The position numbers and the translations under genes were made by a program. Below are positions 1 through 8,777 of a DNA stretch of 64,000 bases, one piece after another. The DNA comes from an uncultured Bacilli bacterium (lineage in GTDB: Bacteria; Bacillota_I; Bacilli_A; RFN20; CAG-826). Each line of letters begins with the position of its first letter. Position 1 is the first letter of the stretch. The notes under the pieces were generated by a model that was given only the letters and a program-made list of their open reading frames with translations, did not search any database and had not been told where the DNA came from. The stretch is taken from positions 1,540 to 65,539 of the forward strand of contig CALWAS010000001.1 in assembly GCA_944375905.1 (NCBI GenBank), written 5' to 3'.

Positions 1-2325
1 CGATAGCGTTGCCGCACTAAGACGGCTAAAGCCTGTTAAATTCGCATTTACAGTAAATTCACCTCCGCTAATTTCCGAATATTTAAATAGCGTATATGAC
101 CCACTGTTGGAAGGCGTAACGGTAATCTCCCCGGTGCTATTTCTTGCAAAGTAGTCATTCATAGGCCCCTTAACATACCCAACTGTTGTTCCTGAGACAT
201 CATTTGCTATCGTTATCGAAGAACCCGGAATTACTTGGAAAGTTCCTGGATAACCGTCTTTGGGGAATCCCGCTGAAACAGTTAACCGTGGCAGTACATC
301 GTCGATTTCAAAAGAACCATCGGAGACAAATGACACCTCGATGAGTTGAAGGTTTTCTACGGTATAAGCCCAATCGCCATCACCGCCTATAGAAGATGAA
401 GTAAATGAGCTTTGCGGAAACGAGCTTATATCGAATTTCTTCTTTAGGCCAAAAACCTCGCCAAAAGATAAATCAATGGTCGTTTTTTGCGTCTTGGGCA
501 CGAATGCCCAATTGCTGCTTCGCCAGTTTAATTCATTCACGGAAACTTGTCGGCCAGCGCCTTCCTGAAAGCTTATTTTGGAGTCGGAGGCCGCGGTCTT
601 GACATATCCAGCAAATGCCGAAGACGAATCAACGGATATAGTGCCGTTGTTTATTATTACGGCATCAGACATTGCTGTCCCGTCATGATATTTTGTCGGA
701 TATACATCGGTTAATTTCGTAGAAGAGTCGATGTTTTGATAACCGGCTAAATGGCCACCGTTTGTAACCTGGAGCGACCCTCCTTGCTCTATTTGCAGCT
801 TAGATCCAGGCAAGAAATTTGCATAGCAGCTGGAAATAGAAAACGAGGATGAATTTTTGACTAAAACATCCCATTTGTATGAAAACGGAATGGAAAGGCG
901 ATTATAGGTAAAATCAACCCCCACGCCTAAAATGGCTTTCAGCGCGTCTGGAAAGAATTCTGACGCATCGCCTCCTGCAGTCGAAATGCCAACGGTAAAA
1001 GAAAAATTTCTACTAGCAAAGGTGATGTCTAAATCCATCATCACCGTGATATCCTGCATATTGGCGTTTCCGTCTAGCTCGATGCTTGTAATAGCCGCCC
1101 TTTTTTCATTCGCCCAAAAAAAGCTGCTGCTATCTTCGTCTGGATAATGCGAATTTGGCAGAGACAAATACCGGTTGTCTCCTATAGTTAAACCGCGCTT
1201 AATTAGTTTTTCGCCGTTTTGGGATTCATTGACGCTATCGTTTACCCAATAGTAAGCGGCCGGCTCATAATCGAACGTAATATGGCCACTGTTAAGCTGA
1301 AGAAGGCCGGCCGACCCGCTAGCCCCTATGATATCTAGAGTGCCAAGGGTGTGTGCCCCGCTGAAATAAATGTCATATTGCCCCTTAACTCTAGACCCCG
1401 CATAAACACGCAAAGGTACCGAAATGTTTGGCATGTCGAATGTCTCAATCGGAAACACGGCTCCACCAAATAAGGCGCCGTTCCAGCTGCTGACGGAACT
1501 TGTTCCCACACTCCCAGAAAGGGCGTCTCCACCGCCGATGAAATCGTATGTCACAAAGGGGAGAGTAACCTCTGCTCCAGAAGCGGAAGATGACCCTATC
1601 TGAACTCTAGTTAGCCCGTTATCGGCATCGTCTTCGTTCCATGGCTTGATGTAGCCGTTCACGATAAGGTCCCCATTAACAGTCAAAGCAGTGTCGCCTT
1701 CCATGGAAAGTTCAGCATACAACCCAGCAGTTTGCCCCATCGGATGCCTATTTTCCGTAACAGCGCCAAGTTGACCGCCGACAATCAACTCTGATCCAGA
1801 CGCGACGGAAATAGAGCAGCCCCGCTTAAGCACGACCGAGGCTCTCTTATTAATCTTTACTTGTTCAAGGCTTTCATCCGAAAACCACGGGCTGTTCTTA
1901 TCAACGTCTTCCCTAGTATATTTTTTTGCCTCATCGTCATAAGAGTTTTGATATTCCGCGGTTATTGTCCCGCCCACAATCGAAAGGGAATACGGAATGA
2001 TCAGCTTCTTTCCGTTGTCTATCGTTATGTCCTCGTCGATGACGATTGGATTGGAATCGGGATTATTGGGATTGACCCGCGGAATGACGTAGATGGCCTC
2101 GTTCGCCCTCGCATCGGTCACGGCCGCGGCAATGCTCGTATAGAGAATGGCCTGCCCGTTCCTTGAAATGCAGGCTTCCGCCCGCTTGGAATCCGCGGTA
2201 AAGGCCTTGACCGTGCCGCGCGATAGGAAGTTCCACCCCGAGAGGGCGGATCCGATTCCGGCCATGAGGATGCCGAAAAGAAGAATTCCCGCCAGCGCCT
2301 TCTTGCCCCTTCTATTTAATCTCAT
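1..2325 (-). CDS. hypothetical membrane-anchored Gly/Ser/Thr/Asn-rich (beta-rich) surface protein; partial, 3' end lies beyond base 1
   Basis: Absent from the ORF track because it has no stop inside the window. I translated the minus strand codon by codon from ATG 2325..2323 (MRLNRRGKKALAGILLFGILMAGIGSALSGWNFLSRGTVKAF...) down to base 1 (775 codons) and met no stop. The N-terminus is a basic stretch plus one hydrophobic helix (signal anchor). The start overlaps the stop of the upstream ORF in ATGA. Confidence 0.75.
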   Translation of the reverse strand, partial: MRLNRRGKKALAGILLFGILMAGIGSALSGWNFLSRGTVKAFTADSKRAEACISRNGQAILYTSIAAAVTDARANEAIYVIPRVNPNNPDSNPIVIDEDITIDNGKKLIIPYSLSIVGGTITAEYQNSYDDEAKKYTREDVDKNSPWFSDESLEQVKINKRASVVLKRGCSISVASGSELIVGGQLGAVTENRHPMGQTAGLYAELSMEGDTALTVNGDLIVNGYIKPWNEDDADNGLTRVQIGSSSASGAEVTLPFVTYDFIGGGDALSGSVGTSSVSSWNGALFGGAVFPIETFDMPNISVPLRVYAGSRVKGQYDIYFSGAHTLGTLDIIGASGSAGLLQLNSGHITFDYEPAAYYWVNDSVNESQNGEKLIKRGLTIGDNRYLSLPNSHYPDEDSSSFFWANEKRAAITSIELDGNANMQDITVMMDLDITFASRNFSFTVGISTAGGDASEFFPDALKAILGVGVDFTYNRLSIPFSYKWDVLVKNSSSFSISSCYANFLPGSKLQIEQGGSLQVTNGGHLAGYQNIDSSTKLTDVYPTKYHDGTAMSDAVIINNGTISVDSSSAFAGYVKTAASDSKISFQEGAGRQVSVNELNWRSSNWAFVPKTQKTTIDLSFGEVFGLKKKFDISSFPQSSFTSSSIGGDGDWAYTVENLQLIEVSFVSDGSFEIDDVLPRLTVSAGFPKDGYPGTFQVIPGSSITIANDVSGTTVGYVKGPMNDYFARNSTGEITVTPSNSGSYTLFKYSEISGGEFTVNANLTGFSRLSAATLS

Positions 2326-3016
2326 CGAAAGAGAACCTCGTAGGTGAAGTCGGCTTGGTTAATCGAGCCGGAAAGGTCGGAAAAGGAAGCATAGTTTTGG
2401 TTCGCTTCCGGGGTAATGAGCGGGAAGTCAATCTCGAAATAGGCCGCGGATGCCGTCGGGGCTTCCGCGTCGAAGGAAAAGCCGACGTGATCGGCCGGGC
2501 CGGAGGAATCGAAGGCATAGCTCCCATCCTTTATCGGAAGGTCGCTTTCGTAGGCCGCGTTCACCAGCGATGAGCCGAAATAGCCACCGAACTTCGCTTC
2601 ATAGCTGAGGGTGAAGGAAAAATGGAAGCCATTGGGAAAGGCCGCGTTGAAGGGGTCTTCTTCGCCCACGGGGAAAGAAAAGGCAATCCTCGCCGTAAGG
2701 GTCCCTGTATAGACGATGTGGTAATAGTCCCCCGCCGCATTCTGGGAGGAATTGGCTTCGAGGAAGCCCTCGGTCGAAAACTTGCTGATGTCGAGGCTCA
2801 CGGCCGCGTAGTCGCTCGCGTCAAGGACGTAGCCGACCGAGACGTTGCCGCCCTCGACGCTCGCGCTCTGGTTGATCGACCAGGCGGAGTAGCCGAAGCC
2901 GATGAGGCTAATTACGGCTAATGCTAAAAGCCCCCCCCTGACGAAATCGCCCCATTCGACAAGCGAAGCTTCCTCTTCATAGCGGTGATTTTACAACATT
3001 GCAAAGAATGTTTCAT
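2322..3016 (-). pseudogene. signal-peptide protein gene split by a frameshift in a G8 homopolymer (candidate phase-variable gene, OFF in this sequence)
   Basis: Frame A runs from ATG 3016 (SD-like GAAGG 5 nt upstream) or ATG 2980: ...MKRKLRLSNGAISSGG, then the G-run, then stop at 2924. The next frame continues without a canonical start as LLALAVISLIGFGYSAWSINQSASVEGG... into track ORF 2322..2801. One extra G (G9) or two fewer (G6) fuse both parts into a roughly 220 aa protein with a basic n-region plus a hydrophobic h-region. Confidence 0.6.
2931..2938 (-). repeat. poly(G)8 on the coding strand (C8 on + strand) inside the signal-peptide coding region
   Basis: Read directly: aaaag-cccccccc-tgacg. 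It sits exactly at the frame break between ORF 2924..3229 and ORF 2322..2801. Confidence 0.95.
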
Positions 3017-3371
3017 CTTTGCCTTCTTTGCGTTCAAGGAAGTCCCCTTTTCGGGACTGTAAGAAAGAAGCCGGGAACTAGGAAATGGATTTCGGGTGAA
3101 AGCTCGAACTCGAAAGGCAAATAGAAACGGGCCGCATAAGCGAACTGGGGAAGAACCCAGCGACATAAATGGAAACTCGGAAACGGGTTTCGCTATTCTT
3201 GTCTCCCTCGAAGGAAGATGGATCATCAAACATGACGGCCAGACTTTCCTTTTCTAAACAGCGGCTAAAAAGTAGACCAAGGCTTTATGCAACCTTTCGG
3301 CGTAATCCATCCCCTTCTGCATTAGCCTGGTGGATTGACGTCGGAAGCTGACTTTGTCGAATAACCGCAGT

Positions 3372-3986
3372 CTATTCTTCGTCCGGCTGCTGCCCGTCGT
3401 GCGCAAGCCAGCGGCACTCACCGAAATCGAAGTCGGAGAAGACGGCCTTGAAGGAAGAGTCCTCGGGCGAGCAGGCGTACACGCCGAAGCGGATTTCGCC
3501 GGTCGCCTTAGTTAAGTGGGCAATCCGCATCTGCTCGAAGTTGACTCCATCCTTGGAGCATTCGATCTTGAAGTCGTCTTCGCGCCTCGAAAGGCGGTAC
3601 CACATCTCCTTGACGTCGGCTTTGATATTGGTCGTCGCCCAGTCGCTATAGCCGCCGTTCGTGACGACGGAGCCGAGATGCTGGAATTCCTCGTTTTCGT
3701 ATTCGATCGATCCCTTGATCCAGTTCTCGCTATCGAGATAGACGATCACCCCGCATTGATCGAAACGATGATGGGCATCCCTGAAAGAGGTTTTTACCGT
3801 GAAGGAAAAGAACTTCCGGTCGGTTGCCATCTGAAAGCACGGGGCGTTGTCGTTCCGGAAATGGTAATAGGTCCTCTGCCATAAATCGGTATGGGGGACG
3901 GTCGTTATTTCAAGGGTTCCGTCTGGACTTGCTTTCCAATTTTTAGGCTCGCGGGTCCAGGCGAATTTAACAAAATCTGGTTGCAT
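3372..3986 (-). CDS. DUF1349-family protein (concanavalin A-like lectin/glucanase fold)
   Basis: 204 aa. MQPDFVKFAWTREPKNW...LEITTVPHTDLWQRTYY...QCGVIVYLDSENWIKGSIEYE...MWYRLSRREDDFKIECSKDG matches my memory of the DUF1349 family pattern. No competing ORF. Confidence 0.7.
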   Translation of the reverse strand: MQPDFVKFAWTREPKNWKASPDGTLEITTVPHTDLWQRTYYHFRNDNAPCFQMATDRKFFSFTVKTSFRDAHHRFDQCGVIVYLDSENWIKGSIEYENEEFQHLGSVVTNGGYSDWATTNIKADVKEMWYRLSRREDDFKIECSKDGVNFEQMRIAHLTKATGEIRFGVYACSPEDSSFKAVFSDFDFGECRWLAHDGQQPDEE

Positions 3987-4038
3987 ACTTTTTTATACAC
4001 GAGAATTGTATTCGATTCTAAAAAAGGGCGAATTTTCT

Positions 4039-4074
4039 AAACATCAGTAAATAAGCCAACTAACACCATCAAAC
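4039..4074 (-). repeat. fossil (decayed) CRISPR repeat beyond the terminal repeat
   Basis: ...ctaacaccatcaaac ends 31 nt before repeat 1. Its last 13 nt match the repeat end (aacaccCtcaaac) at 12/13 positions and carry the same C>A change as repeat 3. The remainder has decayed. Confidence 0.45.
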
Positions 4075-4105
4075 TATCAGTATCTAATCCACTCGACTGC
4101 CAATG

Positions 4106-6845
4106 GTTTCTCAGGATGTGGATTTGGCAACACCCTCAAACACTCGCGGATATAGATCTCGCAACGCCGACGTTTCTGAGGATGTGGATTTGGCAACACC
4201 CTCAAACATCCGAAAGCGGGGCGTAGAAAAGCGTGTTGTTTCTGAGGATGTGGATTTGGCAACACCATCAAACGGCAACGCGATCGGCGCCGATCTTTCC
4301 GGTGTTTCTGAGGATGTGGATTTGGCAACACCCTCAAACTCTCCATGATCTCCCCCAGCTTCTTTGCCGGTTTCTGAGGATGTGGATTTGGCAACACCCT
4401 CAAACGGAAGTCCAAGGATAGGCGCGTTTTCCGCCGTTTCTGAGGATGTGGATTTGGCAACACCCTCAAACCCCTATTGCCTTATCTGTTCGCTAAATGT
4501 TGTTTCTGAGGATGTGGATTTGGCAACACCCTCAAACGGATAATCGGACACCTCGAAAATTCCGGAGGTTTCTGAGGATGTGGATTTGGCAACACCCTCA
4601 AACTCAATGTCAGCCATGAACTGACCATACGTTGTTTCTGAGGATGTGGATTTGGCAACACCCTCAAACTGCTTCTGAAAGTAATCCTTATGAAGGTCTG
4701 TTTCTGAGGATGTGGATTTGGCAACACCCTCAAACTCAGCTTGTCGAGGTTGGCGAGAAATGCCTGTTTCTGAGGATGTGGATTTGGCAACACCCTCAAA
4801 CTTATTGGTCATCCCCTCCGCATCCCCTGCGGTTTCTGAGGATGTGGATTTGGCAACACCCTCAAACGATATCCTCGATCTTGTCCATTAGCTTTTTGTT
4901 TCTGAGGATGTGGATTTGGCAACACCCTCAAACTTATTTCCCTAAAGTCCACTACTTACGTATGTTTCTGAGGATGTGGATTTGGCAACACCCTCAAACC
5001 CCCGAAAACGCCGGTCATGGACAACGCTTGTTTCTGAGGATGTGGATTTGGCAACACCCTCAAACAAATGTAGAAAATGGGATTGCAGTATCTCAGTTTC
5101 TGAGGATGTGGATTTGGCAACACCCTCAAACTTATTTCCCTAAAGTCCACTACTTACGTATGTTTCTGAGGATGTGGATTTGGCAACACCCTCAAACGCT
5201 ATCAGGAAGCTTGGGCCGATTACCGGTGTTTCTGAGGATGTGGATTTGGCAACACCCTCAAACCCCTGTCGAAGAGGGTGAGCTCGAAGTCCTGTTTCTG
5301 AGGATGTGGATTTGGCAACACCCTCAAACCCCCTGTGGCGCGCCCTCGGTAGCGACGAAGTTTCTGAGGATGTGGATTTGGCAACACCCTCAAACAAGAG
5401 CCTTGAGAAAGGCAAGGAAGGCTTGTTTCTGAGGATGTGGATTTGGCAACACCCTCAAACAGTGTCTTGAGATACTTCCGGGCGATACTGGTTTCTGAGG
5501 ATGTGGATTTGGCAACACCCTCAAACTTATCTCCCTAAGTACTCCACTACTTACGTGTTTCTGAGGATGTGGATTTGGCAACACCCTCAAACCCACACGT
5601 AGAACGCTCCCCCGGGCTTCAGTTTCTGAGGATGTGGATTTGGCAACACCCTCAAACTTGCAGGGCAGCCAGAGGTAACCAACCTCTGTTTCTGAGGATG
5701 TGGATTTGGCAACACCCTCAAACACCTGACCGGCAACGTCTACTCCCTCTACAGTTTCTGAGGATGTGGATTTGGCAACACCCTCAAACCTTGATGGTCA
5801 TTTTCCTTTTCCTTTTCCTGTTTCTGAGGATGTGGATTTGGCAACACCCTCAAACGAGGAATCGCCCGAAGAGTAATAGCTGAGGGTTTCTGAGGATGTG
5901 GATTTGGCAACACCCTCAAACGCGGTCGTTCCGAAACCTGCCGTTGCCCATGTTTCTGAGGATGTGGATTTGGCAACACCCTCAAACCTGGTACGAGGGC
6001 GGAATAAGCCCGCTTTCGTTTCTGAGGATGTGGATTTGGCAACACCCTCAAACTGTTGAGCGACGCTTGCTGCTGGTTGATCTGTTTCTGAGGATGTGGA
6101 TTTGGCAACACCCTCAAACCGGACGATCGTCGTATATAGTTCCTTGAAGGTTTCTGAGGATGTGGATTTGGCAACACCCTCAAACGTCGTTGCGGCTCAT
6201 TTCAGCTTGATCCTTGTTTCTGAGGATGTGGATTTGGCAACACCCTCAAACCGAATCCGAAATGACCTCGCGGGTACTTATGTTTCTGAGGATGTGGATT
6301 TGGCAACACCCTCAAACCTTGATCGTCATTTTCCTTTTCCTTTCCGGGTTTCTGAGGATGTGGATTTGGCAACACCCTCAAACTAGCGCTTTTTCCAATT
6401 CGTCGAATTTGCTGTTTCTGAGGATGTGGATTTGGCAACACCCTCAAACAACTGTTGGCCAGAAAACCGCGTTTTTCGTGTTTCTGAGGATGTGGATTTG
6501 GCAACACCCTCAAACTATTTCGATTGGCGGGTGGCAGGGAACGTCGTTTCTGAGGATGTGGATTTGGCAACACCCTCAAACCGATATCAAGGATCTCATC
6601 GCGGGAACGCGGTTTCTGAGGATGTGGATTTGGCAACACCCTCAAACATTCCACGAAGCCCTTTCCTAGGTTGAACAGTTTCTGAGGATGTGGATTTGGC
6701 AACACCCTCAAACTCCATAGGGATATGGAGAAAGGAAAACTCTGTTTCTGAGGATGTGGATTTGGCAACACCCTCAAACTGTAGACGCGCGGTATCCGGT
6801 TGCCCGGGAGTTTCTGAGGATGTGGATTTGGCAACACCCTCAAAC
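4106..6845 (-). CRISPR. type II-A CRISPR array: 42 x 36 bp repeats, 41 spacers (39 x 30 nt, 2 x 29 nt)
   Basis: The + strand repeat is GTTTCTGAGGATGTGGATTTGGCAACACCCTCAAAC with a 66 bp period, and I verified every repeat start. Variant repeats lie only at the low-coordinate end (repeat 1 at 4106 has G>C; repeat 3 has C>A at 4267), so the leader is at the 6845 end next to csn2. The array is therefore transcribed on the minus strand, giving crRNA repeat GTTTGAGGGTGTTGCCAAATCCACATCCTCAGAAAC. Confidence 0.97.
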
Positions 6846-6905
6846 CTCTAATTAAAGGTTCTATCGGTGTTTCAAATCCTTAGAAACTCTAACATTAATA
6901 TTCGT
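6846..6905 (-). promoter_or_regulatory. CRISPR leader (60 bp, AT-rich) between the csn2 stop and the newest repeat
   Basis: Assigned by position. On the minus strand it reads ...ATTAATGTTAGAGTTTCTAAGGATTTGAAACACCGATAGAACCTTTAATTAGAG followed by GTTTGAGGG. No convincing -35/-10 pair was identified. Confidence 0.55.
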
Positions 6906-7577
6906 TCAAATCTCGCAAAGATCACGATCAATTTCAATTATGTGTTCGCAAGCGGCAAGACAATCTGGCCTAAAAGCTTCTAAAAGAACAATCGAAATGT
7001 CTTTTCTTTCCATTTCGCGATGGAACGTTCCCAGTTCATCAAGTTCCAAGAAGCCATGTACCCCAAAAATAATCGCTAGTTTTTTCTGGAACAGATGGCC
7101 AACCGCGGACACGGATGATATGAGTCCTTCAAGAAAAGACGAATCATTCCCGGCAGGTTTTAACCCGACAGTCTTTAATAGCGAAGATAGAGCAAATTCC
7201 TCATCCATTTCGAGTGAAACCGAAGCATAGGCGGAAAGGCTCCTGACGTAGTCGACGATGTTTCTTCGAAGACTTTCGAATTCGACCTTTCCGCTTTCGT
7301 CGAGCAAAGATGTTATTTCCTTCACCAATGAGGCTTGCTCTTTCTTTTCATCGCGAGGCCAAAAAAGGGGATCGCTGATAAGGAAGGCGTCTTTTTTCAA
7401 TGAGGCTTGATTTCCGTCGCGAAGATAGAAAAAGTCGCCTTCGTCGTGCTCAATCTGATCTTTCAACTCAGTAATGAACTTTCTTAAAAAGCAAGGATTC
7501 TTGATAATCAGGGTCGTGAATTCGCCATTTCCGGCAATCAATTTCTGTTCAATAAGCCGATGCCTTAGTTCAATCAT
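6906..7577 (-). CDS. csn2: Csn2 (type II-A signature protein)
   Basis: 223 aa, the last gene before the leader. The C-terminal part KKLAIIFGVHGFLELDELGTFHREMERKDISIVLLEAFRP parallels S. pyogenes Csn2 [40 protein letters not shown]. It overlaps cas2 by 4 bp. Confidence 0.85.
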   Translation of the reverse strand: MIELRHRLIEQKLIAGNGEFTTLIIKNPCFLRKFITELKDQIEHDEGDFFYLRDGNQASLKKDAFLISDPLFWPRDEKKEQASLVKEITSLLDESGKVEFESLRRNIVDYVRSLSAYASVSLEMDEEFALSSLLKTVGLKPAGNDSSFLEGLISSVSAVGHLFQKKLAIIFGVHGFLELDELGTFHREMERKDISIVLLEAFRPDCLAACEHIIEIDRDLCEI

Positions 7578-7903
7578 AGGTCCACCACCCGATCAAAATT
7601 CGTTAAGACGTCGGTCTCGTAGTCTCCTAGCAAATAGCTTATGGAATTGAACTGGTTTTCCGTCAATGTCAGGAGCGATACCACTCCGTTTTTAGGCAAA
7701 TTGCCCTTTATCGTTTTTTCGGTCGCCTTGGCCGACGCCTCGTTGACCGATAGCTTGCAGTAAATCGACTTTTGAAAGAGGACAAAACCCTGCTTTTTAA
7801 GAAATTTGACGAATTTGGCGTATTCTCGGCGATCCCTCGCCGTTTCGACTGGCAAGTCGAACATAAGAAGAGATCGCATGAACCTAAATACCGACTCCCC
7901 CAT
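7574..7903 (-). CDS. cas2: Cas2
   Basis: 109 aa. The N-terminus FRFMRSLLMFDLPVETARDRREYAKFVKFLKKQGFVLFQKSIY is the typical type II Cas2 pattern. It overlaps the cas1 end by 20 bp. Confidence 0.9.
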   Translation of the reverse strand: MGESVFRFMRSLLMFDLPVETARDRREYAKFVKFLKKQGFVLFQKSIYCKLSVNEASAKATEKTIKGNLPKNGVVSLLTLTENQFNSISYLLGDYETDVLTNFDRVVDL

Positions 7904-8774
7904 CTTCGAATCCTATTTCAAGCAGAGAATCAACTTTCCCGCCGTTTAATGCCGAGAAAACGGAAAGGCACCAAGGACCAACGGCATTCTGGATTAGCAT
8001 CGTTCTTCCACCGCAACGGCATTCCCTGGTAAAAGACAGAAGCATATCTTTCTTAAAATCATCGGGGTTCAATTTATTTGACAATATGAAGTCATCGACA
8101 AACGGCCTAAAAGGCTCGACGAGATCGCATCCAAGATTGAATTCATTCGTCGGACCACAGTGATGAATGCCGAGCAAATTGCAATATCCGTACGAAGAAA
8201 CCTCGCGGTTCACCATCCCCAGAAGCACTGAATATCCATAGTTTAGGTATGCATTGCGCGAATCTAGCTCATCGCGACGGTCAAAGCCTTCTCCGAAAAT
8301 GGTATTGAAATATACCCTGGCTGCCTGTCCTTCTCTGTTGTTGGAATCGCCGGAAACCGTCTCTTCGCGGTATTTTTTAAGGATTGCGATGCGCTCTGGC
8401 GGAAATCCATGCCGTCTCATGCATGAGATCTGGTTTGATATTTTGGCCATTACGATTTCTTTCCAAACGCCTTCAATTACTCCTTTCTCCCAAGACAGCT
8501 GGCGATATAGCTTCGCCGGCGCATCAAAGCATCCGGCGTATGGGCTTATCTCTCCTTGAGGATTGTGCTTTTGATCGCAGAAAATGACCCTTACCTTATG
8601 GGCGAGGAGTTCGCTTATGAGGGAACCGGTGATGCATGCCTGCGGATTTTCAATTATCAAAACGGCTATTTCATCTAGAAGGACCCTCGTGTCTTTCTCG
8701 GCGCGGCAAACAAGATAGTTAAGCTGGGTCTCGAGTTTGCAACGCGAGGATACCTTCAGGATTCGATAGGCCAT
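7884..8774 (-). CDS. cas1: Cas1 integrase
   Basis: 296 aa with type II Cas1-like layout (MAYRILKVSSRCKLETQLNYLV...VIFCDQKHNP...NAYLNYGYSVL...GIHHCG). It starts 3 bp after the cas9 stop. Confidence 0.9.
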   Translation of the reverse strand: MAYRILKVSSRCKLETQLNYLVCRAEKDTRVLLDEIAVLIIENPQACITGSLISELLAHKVRVIFCDQKHNPQGEISPYAGCFDAPAKLYRQLSWEKGVIEGVWKEIVMAKISNQISCMRRHGFPPERIAILKKYREETVSGDSNNREGQAARVYFNTIFGEGFDRRDELDSRNAYLNYGYSVLLGMVNREVSSYGYCNLLGIHHCGPTNEFNLGCDLVEPFRPFVDDFILSNKLNPDDFKKDMLLSFTRECRCGGRTMLIQNAVGPWCLSVFSALNGGKVDSLLEIGFEDGGVGI

Positions 8775-8777
8775 TCT

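Noticed and set aside
4077-6843. About fifteen ORFs on both strands across the CRISPR array. Examples are LRVLPNPHPQK, FLRMWIWQHPQT, FEGVAKSTSSET and SEDVDLATPSN repeats, including a 266 aa ORF (4632..5432) and a 213 aa ORF (6202..6843).
   Set aside because: These are translations of the 36 bp repeat in different frames, repeating every 22 codons. They are artefacts of the array, not proteins.
6846-6905. Attempt to define a -35/-10 promoter in the CRISPR leader (TTGAAC ... TATTAAT / TAGAGT).
   Set aside because: The spacings are wrong (3 nt or more than 20 nt). The promoter may lie within the csn2 3' end, so none was called.
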